Positions 15,501 to 28,500 of a stretch of DNA of 64,000 nt are shown piece after piece. The DNA comes from Balanoglossus misakiensis (taxonomy: Eukaryota; Animalia; Hemichordata), in contig CM082595.2 of assembly GCA_040954595.2 (NCBI GenBank), positions 9,005,510 through 9,069,509 on the forward strand, in the 5' to 3' direction. The position numbers and the translations under genes were made by a program. Each line of letters opens with the position of its first letter. The first letter of the stretch is position 1. A model generated the notes under the pieces. That model saw only the letters and a program-made list of their open reading frames with translations. It was not told the DNA's origin and searched no databases.

Positions 15501-18500
15501 ATGTTGAGATTTTGCAAAGTCGAAAATTTTGTCATTTTTTGATGATTTTCAACCATGATTTTTTTCAAAAATCGACTAAATGTTGAGATTTTGCAAAGTC
15601 GAAAATGTGTCATTTTTTGATGATTTTCACCCGGTTTTTTTTCAAAATTTGTCATTTTTTCATGATTTTCACCCATGATTTTTTTCAAAAATCGACGAAA
15701 TTTTGTGATTTTTCAAAGTCGAAAATTTTGTCATTTTTTGATGATTTTCATTCATGATTTTTTTTCAAAAATCGACGAAATTTTGTGATTTTACAAAGTC
15801 GAAATTTTGTCATTTTTTGATGATTTTCACCCTTGATTTTCTTCAAAAATCGACGAAATTTTGAGATTTTGCAAAGTCGAAAATTTATCATTTTTTGATG
15901 ATTTTCACCCATGATTTTTTTCAAAAATCGATGAAATTTTGAGATTTTGCAGTAAAAAATTGTCATTTTTTGATGATTTTCACCCATGATTTTTTTCAAA
16001 ATTGACGAAATTTTGAGATTTTGCAGTCGAAAATTTGTCATTTTTTGATCATTTTCCCCCATGATTTTTTTCAAAAATCGACGAAATTTTGAGATTTTGC
16101 AGTCGAAAATTTGTCATTTTTTGATGATTTTCACCCATGATTTTTTCAAAAATCGACGAAATTTTGAGATTTTGCAGTCGAAAATTTGTAATTTTTTGAT
16201 TATTTTCCCCCATGATTTTTTTCAAAAATCGACGAAATTTTGAGATTTTGCAGTCGAAAATTTGTCATTTTTTGATGATTTTCACCCATGATTTTCTTCA
16301 AAAATCGACGAAATTTTGAGATTTTGCAAAGTCGAAAATTTGTCATTTTTTGATGGTTTTCACCCATGATTTTTTTTCAAAAATCGACGAAATTTTGAGA
16401 TTTTGCAAAGTCGAAAATGTGTCATTTTTTGACGATTTTCACCCGTTTTTTTTTCAAAATTTGTCATTTTTTCATGATTTTCACCCATGATTTTTTTCAA
16501 AAATCGACGAAATTTTGAGATTTTGCAAAGTCGAAAATTTGTCATTTTTTCATGATTTTCACCCATGATTTTTTCAAAAATCGACGAAATTTTGAGATTT
16601 TGCAGTCGAAAATTTGTAATTTTTTGATGATTTTCCCCCATGATTTTTTTCAAAAATCGACGAAATTTTGAGATTTTGCAAAGTCGAAAATTTGTCATTT
16701 TTTGATGATTTTCACCCATGATTTTCTTCAAAAATCGACGAAATTTTGAGATTTTGCAAAGTCGAAAATTTGTCATTTTTTGATGATTTTCACCCATGAT
16801 TTTTTTCAAAAATCGACGAAATTTTGAGATTTTGCAAAGTCGAAAATTTGTCATTTTTGATGGTTTTCACCCATGATTTTTTTTCAAAAATCGACGAAAT
16901 TTTGAGATTTTGCAAAGTCGAAAATGTGTCATTTTTTGACGATTTTCACCCGTTTTTTTTCAAAATTTGTCATTTTTACATGATTTTCACCCATGATTTT
17001 TTTCAAAAATCGACGAAATTTTGAGATTTTGCAAAGTCGAAAATTTGTCATTTTTTGATGATTTTCACCCATGATTTTTTTCAAAAATCGACGAAATTTT
17101 GAGATTTTGCAAAGTCGAAAATGTGTCATTTTTTGATGATTTTCACCCATGTTTTTTTTTTAAAATCGACGAACCTATGATTTTTTTCAAAATAGACGAA
17201 ATTTTGTGATTTTGCAAAGTCGAAAATTTTGTCATTTTTTGATGATTTTCAACCATGATTTTTTTTCAAAAATCGACGAAATTTTGAGATTTTGCAAAAT
17301 CGTAAATTTGTCATTTTTTGATGATTTTCCCCCCAATGGTTTTTTTCAAAATCGACGAAATTTTGAGATTTTGCAAAGTCGAAAATTTGTCATTTTTTGA
17401 TGATTTCCCCCATGATTTTTTTCAAAAATGGACGAAATTTTGAGATTTTGCAAAGACGAAAATTTGTCATTTTTTGATGATTTTCACCCATGATTTTTTT
17501 TCAAAAATCGACGAAATTTTGAGATTTTGCAAAGTCGAAAATGTGTCATTTTTTGATGATTTTCACCCGTTTTTTTTCAAAATTTGTCATTTTTTGATGA
17601 TTTCACCCATGATTTTTTTCAAAAATCGACGAAATTTTGAGATTTTGCAAAGTCGAAAATGTGTCATTTTTTGATGATTTTCACCCATGATTTTTTCAAA
17701 ATCGACGAAATTTTGAGATTTGCAAAGTCGAAAATGTGTCATTTTTTGATGATTTTCACCCATGATTTTTTTCAAAAATCGACGAAATTTTGAGATTTTG
17801 CGAAGTCGAAAATTTGTCATTTTTTGATGATTTTCACCCATGATTTTTTTCAAAAATCAACGAAATGTTGAGATTTTGCAAAGTCGAAAATTTGTCATTT
17901 TTTGATGATTTTCACCCATGATTTTTTTCAAAAATCGACGAAATGTTGAGATTTTGCAAAGTCGAAAATTTTTGTCATTTTTTGATGATTTTCAACCATG
18001 ATTTTTTTCAAAAATCGACTAAATGTTGAGATTTTGCAAAGTCGAAAATGTGTCATTTTTTGATGATTTTCACCCATTTTTTTTTCAAAATTTGTCATTT
18101 TTTCATGATTTTCACCCATGATTTTTTTCAAAAATCGACGAAATTTTGTGATTTTTCAAAGTCGAAAATTTTGTCATTTTTTGATGATTTTCAACCATGA
18201 TTTTTTTTCAAAAATCGACGAAATTTTGTGATTTTACAAAGTCGAAAATTTTGTCATTTTTGATGATTTTCACCCTTGATTTTCTTCAAAAATCGACGAA
18301 ATTTTGAGATTTTGCAAAGTCGAAAATTTATCATTTTTTGATGATTTTCACCCATGATTTTTTTCAAAAATCGATGAAATTTTGAGATTTTGCAGTAAAA
18401 AAATTGTCATTTTTTGATGATTTTCACCCATGATTTTTTTCAAAATTGACGAAATTTTGAGATTTTGCAGTCGAAAATTTGTCATTTTTTGATCATTTTC

Positions 18501-18560
18501 CCCCATGATTTTTTTCAAAAATCGACGAAATTTTCAGATTTTGCAAAGTCGAAAATTTGT
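9600..18560. repeat. ~4.48-kb higher-order tandem duplication within the satellite (2 copies)
   Basis: Rare markers recur at +4472 to +4480: caacaatttt 9902/14381, gcagtaaaaaa 10300/14779 and 11470/15949, gaacctatga ~12692/17171. Identical ORFs at 10990/15470 and 12450/16929. Ends are approximate. Confidence 0.85.
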
Positions 18561-20029
18561 CATTTTTTTCATGATTTTCACCCATGATTTTTTCAAAAAT
18601 CGACGAAATTTTGAGATTTTGCAGTCGAAAATTTGTCATTTTTTGATGATTTTCCCCCATGATTTTTTTCAAAATCGACGAAATTTTGAGATTTTGCAAA
18701 GTCGAAAATTTGTCATTTTTTGATGATTTTCACCCATGATTTTCTTCAAAAATCGACGAAATTTTGAGATTTTGCAAAGTCGAAAATGTGTCATTTTTTG
18801 ATGATTTTCACCCGTTTTTTTTCAAAATTTGTCATTTTTTGATGATTTTCACCCATGATTTTTTTTCAAAAATCGACGAAATTTTGAGATTTTGCAAAGT
18901 CGAAAATGTGTCATTTTTTGATGATTTTCACCCATGATTTTTTTCAAAAATCGACGAATTTTGAGATTTGCGAAGTCGAAAATTTGTCATTTTTTGATGA
19001 TTTTCACCCATGATTTTTTTCAAAAATCGACGAAATGTTGAGATTTTGCAAAGTCGAAAATTTGTCATTTTTTGATGATTTTCACCCATGATTTTTTTTT
19101 CAAAAATCGACGAAATGTTGAGATTTTGCAAAGTCGAAAAATTTTGTCATTTTTTGATGATTTTCAACCATGATTTTTTTCAAAAATCGACTAAATGTTG
19201 AGATTTTGCAAAGTCGAAAATGTGTCATTTTTTGATGATTTTCACCCATGATTTTTTTCAAAAATCGATGAAATTTTGAGATTTTGCAGTAAAAAAATTG
19301 TCATTTTTTGAAGATTTTCACCCATGATTTTTTTCAAAATTTGTCATTTTTTCATGATTTTCACCCATGATTTTTTTCAAAAATCGACGAAATTTGTGAT
19401 TTTTCAAAGTCGAAAATTTTGTCATTTTTTGATGATTTTCAACCATGATTTTTTTCAAAAATCGACGAAATTTTGTGATTTTACAAAGTCGAAAATTTTG
19501 TCATTTTTTGATGATTTTCACCCTTGATTTTCTTCAAAAATCGACGAAATTTGAGATTTTGCAAAGTCGAAAATTTATCATTTTTTGATGATTTTCACCC
19601 ATGATTTTTTTCAAAAATCGATGAAATTTTGAGATTTTGCAGTAAAAAAATTGTCATTTTTTGAAGATTTTCACCCATGATTTTTTTCAAAATTGACGAA
19701 ATTTTGAGATTTTGCAGTCGAAAATTTGTCATTTTTTGATCATTTTCCCCCATGATTTTTTCAAAAATCGACGAAAATTTTCAGATTTTGCAAAGTCGAA
19801 AATTTGTCATTTTTTCATGATTTTCACCCATGATTTTTTCAAAAATCGACGAAATTTTGAGATTTTGCAGTCGAAAATTTGTAATTTTTTGATGATTTTC
19901 CCCCATGATTTTTTTCAAAAATCGACGAAATTTTGAGATTTTGCAAAGTCGAAAATTTGTCATTTTTTGATGATTTTCACCCATGATTTTCTTCAAAAAT
20001 CGACGAAATTTTGAGATTTTGCAAAGTCG

Positions 20030-22620
20030 AAAATTTGTCATTTTTTGATGGTTTTCACCCATGATTTTTTTTCAAAAATCGACGAAATTTTGAGATTTTG
20101 CAAAGTCGAAAATGTGTCATTTTTTGACGATTTTCACCCGTTTTTTTTCAAAATTTGTCATTTTTTCATGATTTTCACCCATGATTTTTTTCAAAAATCG
20201 ACGAAATTTTGAGATTTTGCAAAGTCGAAAATTTGTCATTTTTTGATGATTTTCACCCATGATTTTTTTCAAAAATCGACGAAATGTTGAGATTTTGCAA
20301 AGTCGAAAATGTGTCATTTTTTGATGATTTTCACCCATGTTTTTTTTTTAAAATCGACGAACCTATGATTTTTTTCAAAATAGACGAAATTTTGTGATTT
20401 TGCAAAGTCGAAAATTTTGTCATTTTTTGATGATTTTCAACCATGATTTTTTTTCAAAAATCGACGAAATTTTGAGATTTTGCAAAATCGAAAATTTGTC
20501 ATTTTTTGATGATTTTCCCCCAATGGTTTTTTTCAAAATCGACGAAATTTTGAGATTTTGCAAAGTCGAAAATTTGTCATTTTTTGATGATTTTCCCCCA
20601 TGATTTTTTTTCAAAAATGGACGAAATTTTGAGATTTTGCAAAGACGAAAATTTGTCATTTTTTGATGATTTTCACCCATGATTTTTTTTCAAAAATCGA
20701 CGAAATTTTGAGATTTTGCAAAGTCGAAAATGTGTCATTTTTTGATGATTTTCACCCGTTTTTTTTCAAAATTTGTCATTTTTTGATGATTTTCACCCAT
20801 GATTTTTTTTCAAAAATCGACGAAATTTTGAGATTTTGCAAAGTCGAAAATGTGTCATTTTTTGATGATTTTCACCCGTTTTTTTTCAAAATTTGTCATT
20901 TTTTGATGATTTTCACCCATGATTTTTTTTCAAAAATCGACGAAATTTTGAGATTTTGCAAAGTCGAAAATGTGTCATTTTTTGATGATTTTCACCCATG
21001 ATTTTTTTCAAAAATCGACGAAATTTTGAGATTTTGCAAAGTCGAAAATTTGTCATTTTTTGATGATTTTCACCCATGATTTTTTTCAAAAATCGACGAA
21101 ATGTTGAGATTTTGCAAAGTCGAAAATTTTGTCATTTTTTGATGATTTTCAACCATGATTTTTTTCAAAAATCGACTAAATGTTGAGATTTTGCAAAGTC
21201 GAAAATGTGTCATTTTTTGATGATTTTCACCCGTTTTTTTTTCAAAATTTGTCATTTTTTCATGATTTTCACCCATGATTTTCTTCAAAAATCGACGAAA
21301 TTTTGAGATTTTGCAAAGTCGAAAATTTGTCATTTTTTGATGGTTTTCACCCATGATTTTTTTTCAAAAATCGACGAAATTTTGAGATTTTGCAAAGTCG
21401 AAAATGTGTCATTTTTTGACGATTTTCACCCGTTTTTTTTTCAAAATTTGTCATTTTTTCATGATTTTCACCCATGATTTTTTTCAAAAATCGACGAAAT
21501 TTTGAGATTTTGCAAAGTCGAAAATTTGTCATTTTTTGATGATTTTCACCCATGATTTTTTTCAAAAATCGACGAAATGTTGAGATTTTGCAAAGTCGAA
21601 AATGTGTCATTTTTTGATGATTTTCACCCATGTTTTTTTTTTAAAATCGACGAACCTATGATTTTTTTCAAAATAGACGAAATTTTGTGATTTTGCAAAG
21701 TCGAAAATTTTGTCATTTTTTGATGATTTTCAACCATGATTTTTTTTCAAAAATCGACGAAATTTTGAGATTTTGCAAAATCGAAAATTTGTCATTTTTT
21801 GATGATTTTCCCCCAATGGTTTTTTTCAAAATCGACGAAATTTTGAGATTTTGCAAAGTCGAAAATTTGTCATTTTTTGATGATTTTCCCCCATGATTTT
21901 TTTTCAAAAATGGACGAAATTTTGAGATTTTGCAAAGACGAAAATTTGTCATTTTTTGATGATTTTCACCCATGATTTTTTTTCAAAAATCGACGAAATT
22001 TTGAGATTTTGCAAAGTCGAAAATGTGTCATTTTTTGATGATTTTCACCCGTTTTTTTTCAAAATTTGTCATTTTTTGATGATTTTCACCCATGATTTTT
22101 TTTCAAAAATCGACGAAATTTTGAGATTTTGCAAAGTCGAAAATGTGTCATTTTTTGATGATTTTCACCCGTTTTTTTTCAAAATTTGTCATTTTTTGAT
22201 GATTTTCACCCATGATTTTTTTTCAAAAATCGACGAAATTTTGAGATTTTGCAAAGTCGAAAATGTGTCATTTTTTGATGATTTTCACCCATGATTTTTT
22301 TCAAAAATCGACGAAATTTTGAGATTTTGCGAAGTCGAAAATTTGTCATTTTTTGATGATTTTCACCCATGATTTTTTTCAAAAATCGACGAAATTTTCA
22401 GATTTTGCAAAGTCGAAAATTTGTCATTTTTTGATGATTTTCACCCATGATTTTTTTCAAAAATCGACGAAATGTTGAGATTTTGCAAAGTCGAAAATTT
22501 TGTCATTTTTTGATGATTTTCAACCATGATTTTTTTCAAAAATCGACTAAATGTTGAGATTTTGCAAAGTCGAAAATGTGTCATTTTTTGATGATTTTCA
22601 CCCGTTTTTTTTTCAAAATT
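20030..22620. repeat. ~1.29-kb higher-order tandem duplication within the satellite
   Basis: Identical ORFs at 20394/21687, 20420/21713 and 20663/21956 (all offset 1293); gaacctatga marker at ~20359/21652. Ends are approximate. Confidence 0.85.
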
Positions 22621-22749
22621 TGTCATTTTTTCATGATTTTCACCCATGATTTTTTTCAAAAATCGACGAAATTTTGTGATTTTGCAAAGTCGAAAATTTT
22701 GTCATTTTTTGATGATTTTCAACCATGATTTTTTTTCAAAAATCGACGA

Positions 22750-25700
22750 AATTTTGAGATTTTGCAAAGTCGTAAATGTGTCATTTTTTGATGATTTTCA
22801 CCAGTTTTTTTTTTTCAAAATTTGTCATTTTTTCATGATTTTCCCCCATGATTTTTTTCAAAAATCGACGAAATTTTGAGATTTTGCAAAGTCGACGAAA
22901 ATGTGTCATTTTTTGATGATTTTCAACCGTTTTTTTTCAAAATTTGTCATTTTTTGATGATTTTCACCCATGTTTTTTTTTTAAAAAATCGACGAACCTA
23001 TGATTTTTTTCAAAATCGACGAAATTTTGTGATTTTACAAAGTCGAAAATTTTGTCATTTTTTGATGATTTTCAACCATGATTTTTTTTCAAAAATCGAC
23101 GAAAATTTGAGATTTTGCAAAGACGAAAATTTGTCATTTTTGATGATTTTTACCCATTTTTTTTCAAAAATGGACGAAATTTTGAGATTTTGCAAAGACG
23201 AAAATTTGTCATTTTTTGATGATTTTCACCCATGATTTTTTTTTCACAAATCGACGTAATTTTGAGATTTTGTAGTCGTAAATTTGTCATTTTTGATGAT
23301 TTTCCCCCATGATTTTTTTCAAAAATCAACGAAATTTTGAGATTTTGCAAAGTCGAAAATTTGTCATTTTTAGATGATTTTCACCCGTCTTTTTTCAAAA
23401 AATCGACGAAATTTTGAAATTTTGCAAAGAGGAAAATTTGTCAATTTTTGATAATTTTCAACAATGATTTATTTCAAAAATCGACGAAATTTTGAGATTT
23501 TGCAGTCGAAAATTTGTCATTTTTTGATGATTTTCCCCCATGATTTTTTTCAAAAATCGACGACATTTTGAGATTTTGCAAAGTTTAAAATTTTTCAAAA
23601 ATCGACGAAATTTATAGATTTTGCAAAGAGGAAAATTTGTCATTTTTTGATGATTTTCACCCATGATTTTTTCAAAAATGGACGAAATGTTGAGATTTTG
23701 CAAAGACGAAAATTTGTCATTTTTTGATGATTTTCACCCATGATTTTTTTCAAAAATTGACGAAATTTTGAGATTTTGCAAAGTCGAAAATTTGTCATTT
23801 TTTGATGATTTTCACACATGATTTTTTTAAAAATCGACGAAATTTTGAGATTTTGCAAAGAGGAAAATTTGTCATTTTTTCATGATTTTCCCCCATGATT
23901 TTTTCAAAAATTGACGAAATTTTGAGATTTTGCAAAGTCGAAAATTTGTCATTTTTTGATGATTTTCACACATGATTTTTTTCAAAAATCGACGAAATTG
24001 TGAGATTTTGCAAAGACGAAAATTTGTCATTTTTTGATGATTTTCCCCCATGATTTTTTTCAAAAATCGACGACATTTTGAGATTTTGCAAAGTTTAAAA
24101 TTTTTCAAAAATCGACGAAATTTATAGATTTTGCAAAGAGGAAAATTTGTCATTTTTTGATGATTTTCACCCATGATTTTTTCAAAAATGGACGAAATGT
24201 TGAGATTTTGCAAAGACGAAAATTTGTCATTTTTTGATGATTTTCACCCATGATTTTTTTCAAAAATTGACGAAATTGTGAGATTTTGCAATGACGAAAA
24301 TTTGTCATTTTTTGATGATTTTCACCCATGTCTTTTTTTAAAAATCGACGAAATTTTGAGATTTTGCAAAGAGGAAAATTTGTCATTTTTTCATGATTTT
24401 CCCCCATGATTTTTGTCAAAAATCGACGAAATTTTGAGATTTTGCAAAGTCGACGAAAATGTGTCATTTTTTGATGATTTTCACCCGTTTTTTTTTCAAA
24501 ATTTGTCATTTTTTGATGATTTTCACCCATGATTTTTTCAAAAATTGACGAAATTTTGAGATTTTGCAAAGTCGAAAATTTGTCATTTTTTGATGATTTT
24601 CACCCATGATTTTTTTCAAAAATCGACGAAATTTTGAGATTTTGCAAAGTCGAAAATTTGTCATTTTTTGATGATTTTCCCACGTTTTTTTTTTAAAATG
24701 GACGAAATGTTGAGATTTTGCAAAGACGAAAATTTGTCATTTTTTGATGATTTTCACCCATGATTTTTTCAAAAATTGACGAAATTTTGAGATTTTGCAA
24801 AGTCGACGAAAATGTGTCATTTTTTGATGATTTTCACCCGTTTTTTTTTCAAAATTTGTCATTTTTTGATGATTTTCACCCATGATTTTTTCAAAAATTG
24901 ACGAAATTTTGAGATTTTGCAAAGTCGAAAATTTGTCATTTTTTGATGATTTTCACCCATGATTTTTTTCAAAAATCGACGAAATTTTGAGATTTTGCAA
25001 AGTCGAAAATTTGTCATTTTTTGATGATTTTCCCCCGTTTTTTTTTTTAAATGGACGAAATGTTGAGATTTTGCAAAGACGAAAATTTGTCATTTTTTGA
25101 TGATTTTCACCCATGATTTTTTCAAAAATTGACGAAATTTTGAGATTTTGCAAAGTCGAAAATTTGTCATTTTTTGATGATTTTCACACATGATTTTTTT
25201 CAAAAATCGACGAAATTGTGAGATTTTGCAAAGACGAAAATTTGTCATTTTTTGATGATTTTCACCCATGTCTTTTTTTAAAAATCGACGAAATTTTGAG
25301 ATTTTGCAAAGAGGAAAATTTGTCATTTTTTCATGATTTTCCCCCATGATTTTTTTCAAAAATCGACGAAATGTTGAGATTTTGCAAAGTCGAAAATTTG
25401 TCATTTTTTGATGATTTTCACCCATGTTTTTTTTTTAAAATCGACGAACCTATGATTTTTTTCAAAATCGACGAAATTTTGAGATTTTGCAAAGTCGAAA
25501 ATTTGTCATTTTTTGATGATTTTCACCCATGATTTTTTTCAAAAATCGACGAAATTTTGAGATTTTGCGAAGTCGAAAATTTGTCATTTTTTGATGATTT
25601 TCACCCATGATTTTTTTCAAAAATCGACGAAATGTTGAGATTTTGTAAAGTCGAAAATTTGTCATTTTTTGATGATTTTCACCCATGATTTTTTTCAAAA

Positions 25701-28500
25701 ATCGACGAAATGTTGAGATTTTGCAAAGTCGAAAATTTTGTCATTTTTTGATGATTTTCAACCATGATTTTTTTCAAAAATCGACTAAATGTTGAGATTT
25801 TGCAAAGTCGAAAATGTGTCATTTTTTGATGATTTTCACCCGTTTTTTTTTCAAAATTTGTCATTTTTTCATGATTTTCACCCATGATTTTTTTCAAAAA
25901 TCGACGAAATTTTGTGATTTTGCAAAGTCGAAAATTTTGTCATTTTTTGATGATTTTCAACCATGATTTTTTTTCAAAAATCGACGAAATTTTGTCATTT
26001 TACAAAGTCGAAAATTTTGTCATTTTTTGATGATTTTCAACCATGATTTTTTTTCAAAAATCGACGAAAATTTGAGATTTTGCAAAGACGAAAATTTGTC
26101 ATTTTTGATGATTTTTACCCATGATTTTTTTTCAAAAATGGACGAAATTTTGAGATTTTGCAAAGACGAAAATTTGTCATTTTTTGATGATTTTCACCCA
26201 TGATTTTTTTTCAAAAATCAACGAAATTTTGAGATTTTGCAAAGTCGTAAATGTGTCATTTTTTGATGATTTTCACCAGTTTTTTTTTTCAAAATTTGTC
26301 ATTTTTTCATGATTTTCCCCCATGATTTTTTTCAAAAATCGACGAAATTTTGAGATTTTGCAAAGTCGACGAAAATGTGTCATTTTTTGATGATTTTCAA
26401 CCGTTTTTTTTCAAAATTTGTCATTTTTTGATGATTTTCACCCATGTTTTTTTTTTAAAAATCGACGAACCTATGATTTTTTTCAAAATCGACGAAATTT
26501 TGTGATTTTACAAAGTCGAAAATTTTGTCATTTTTTGATGATTTTCAACCATGATTTTTTTTTTAAAAATCGACGAAAATTTGAGATTTTGCAAAGACGA
26601 AAATTTGTCATTTTTGATGATTTTTACCCATTTTTTTTCAAAAATGGACGAAATTTTGAGATTTTGCAAAGACGAAAATTTGTCATTTTTTGATGATTTT
26701 CACCCATGATTTTTTTTTCACAAATCGACGTAATTTTGAGATTTTGTAGTCGTAAATTTGTCATTTTTGATGATTTTCCCCCATGATTTTTTTCAAAAAT
26801 CAACGAAATTTTGAGATTTTGCAAAGTCGAAAATTTGTCATTTTTAGATGATTTTCACCCGTCTTTTTTCAAAAAATCGACGAAATTTTGAGATTTTGCA
26901 AAGAGGAAAATTTGTCAATTTTTGATAATTTTCAACAATGATTTATTTCAAAAATCGACGAAATTTTGAGATTTTGCAGTCGAAAATTTGTCATTTTTTG
27001 ATGATTTTCCCCCATGATTTTTTTCAAAAATCGACGACATTTTGAGATTTTGCAAAGTTTAAAATTTTTCAAAAATCGACGAAATTTATAGATTTTGCAA
27101 AGAGGAAAATTTGTCATTTTTTGATGATTTTCACCCATGATTTTTTCAAAAATGGACGAAATGTTGAGATTTTGCAAAGACGAAAATTTGTCATTTTTTG
27201 ATGATTTTCACCCATGATTTTTTTCAAAAATTGACGAAATTTTGAGATTTTGCAAAGTCGAAAATTTGTCATTTTTTGATGATTTTCACACATGATTTTT
27301 TTCAAAAATCGACGAAATTGTGAGATTTTGCAAAGACGAAAATTTGTCATTTTTTGATGATTTTCACCCATGTCTTTTTTTAAAAATCGACGAAATTTTG
27401 AGATTTTGCAAAGAGGAAAATTTGTCATTTTTTCATGATTTTCCCCCATGATTTTTTTCAAAAATCGACGAAATTTTGAGATTTTGCAAAGTCGACGAAA
27501 ATGTGTCATTTTTTGATGATTTTCACCCGTTTTTTTTTCAAAATTTGTCATTTTTTGATGATTTTCACCCATGATTTTTTCAAAAATTGACGAAATTTTG
27601 AGATTTTGCAAAGTCGAAAATTTGTCATTTTTTGATGATTTTCACCCATGATTTTTTTCAAAAATCGACGAAATTTTGAGATTTTGCAAAGTCGAAAATT
27701 TGTCATTTTTTGATGATTTTCCCCCGTTTTTTTTTTAAAATGGACGAAATGTTGAGATTTTGCAAAGACGAAAATTTGTCATTTTTTGATGATTTTCACC
27801 CATGATTTTTTCAAAAATTGACGAAATTTTGAGATTTTGCAAAGTCGACGAAAATGTGTCATTTTTTGATGATTTTCACCCGTTTTTTTTTCAAAATTTG
27901 TCATTTTTTGATGATTTTCACCCATGATTTTTTCAAAAATTGACGAAATTTTGAGATTTTGCAAAGTCGAAAATTTGTCATTTTTTGATGATTTTCACCC
28001 ATGATTTTTTTCAAAAATCGACGAAATTTTGAGATTTTGCAAAGTCGAAAATTTGTCATTTTTTGATGATTTTCCCCCGTTTTTTTTTTTAAATGGACGA
28101 AATGTTGAGATTTTGCAAAGACGAAAATTTGTCATTTTTTGATGATTTTCACCCATGATTTTTTCAAAAATTGACGAAATTTTGAGATTTTGCAAAGTCG
28201 AAAATTTGTCATTTTTTGATGATTTTCACACATGATTTTTTTCAAAAATCGACGAAATTGTGAGATTTTGCAAAGACGAAAATTTGTCATTTTTTGATGA
28301 TTTTCACCCATGTCTTTTTTTAAAAATCGACGAAATTTTGAGATTTTGCAAAGAGGAAAATTTGTCATTTTTTCATGATTTTCCCCCATGATTTTTTTCA
28401 AAAATCGACGAAATTTTGAGATTTTGCAAAGTCGACGAAAATGTGTCATTTTTTGATGATTTTCACCCGTTTTTTTTTCAAAATTTGTCATTTTTTGATG
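22750..28500. repeat. ~3.0-3.5-kb higher-order duplication in the distal satellite domain
   Basis: Identical ORFs at 23150/26624 and 23458/26932 (offset 3474) and at 24737/27779 and 24953/27995 (offset 3042). The private variant tcacaaatcgacgtaat occurs at ~23244 and ~26718. Confidence 0.8.
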
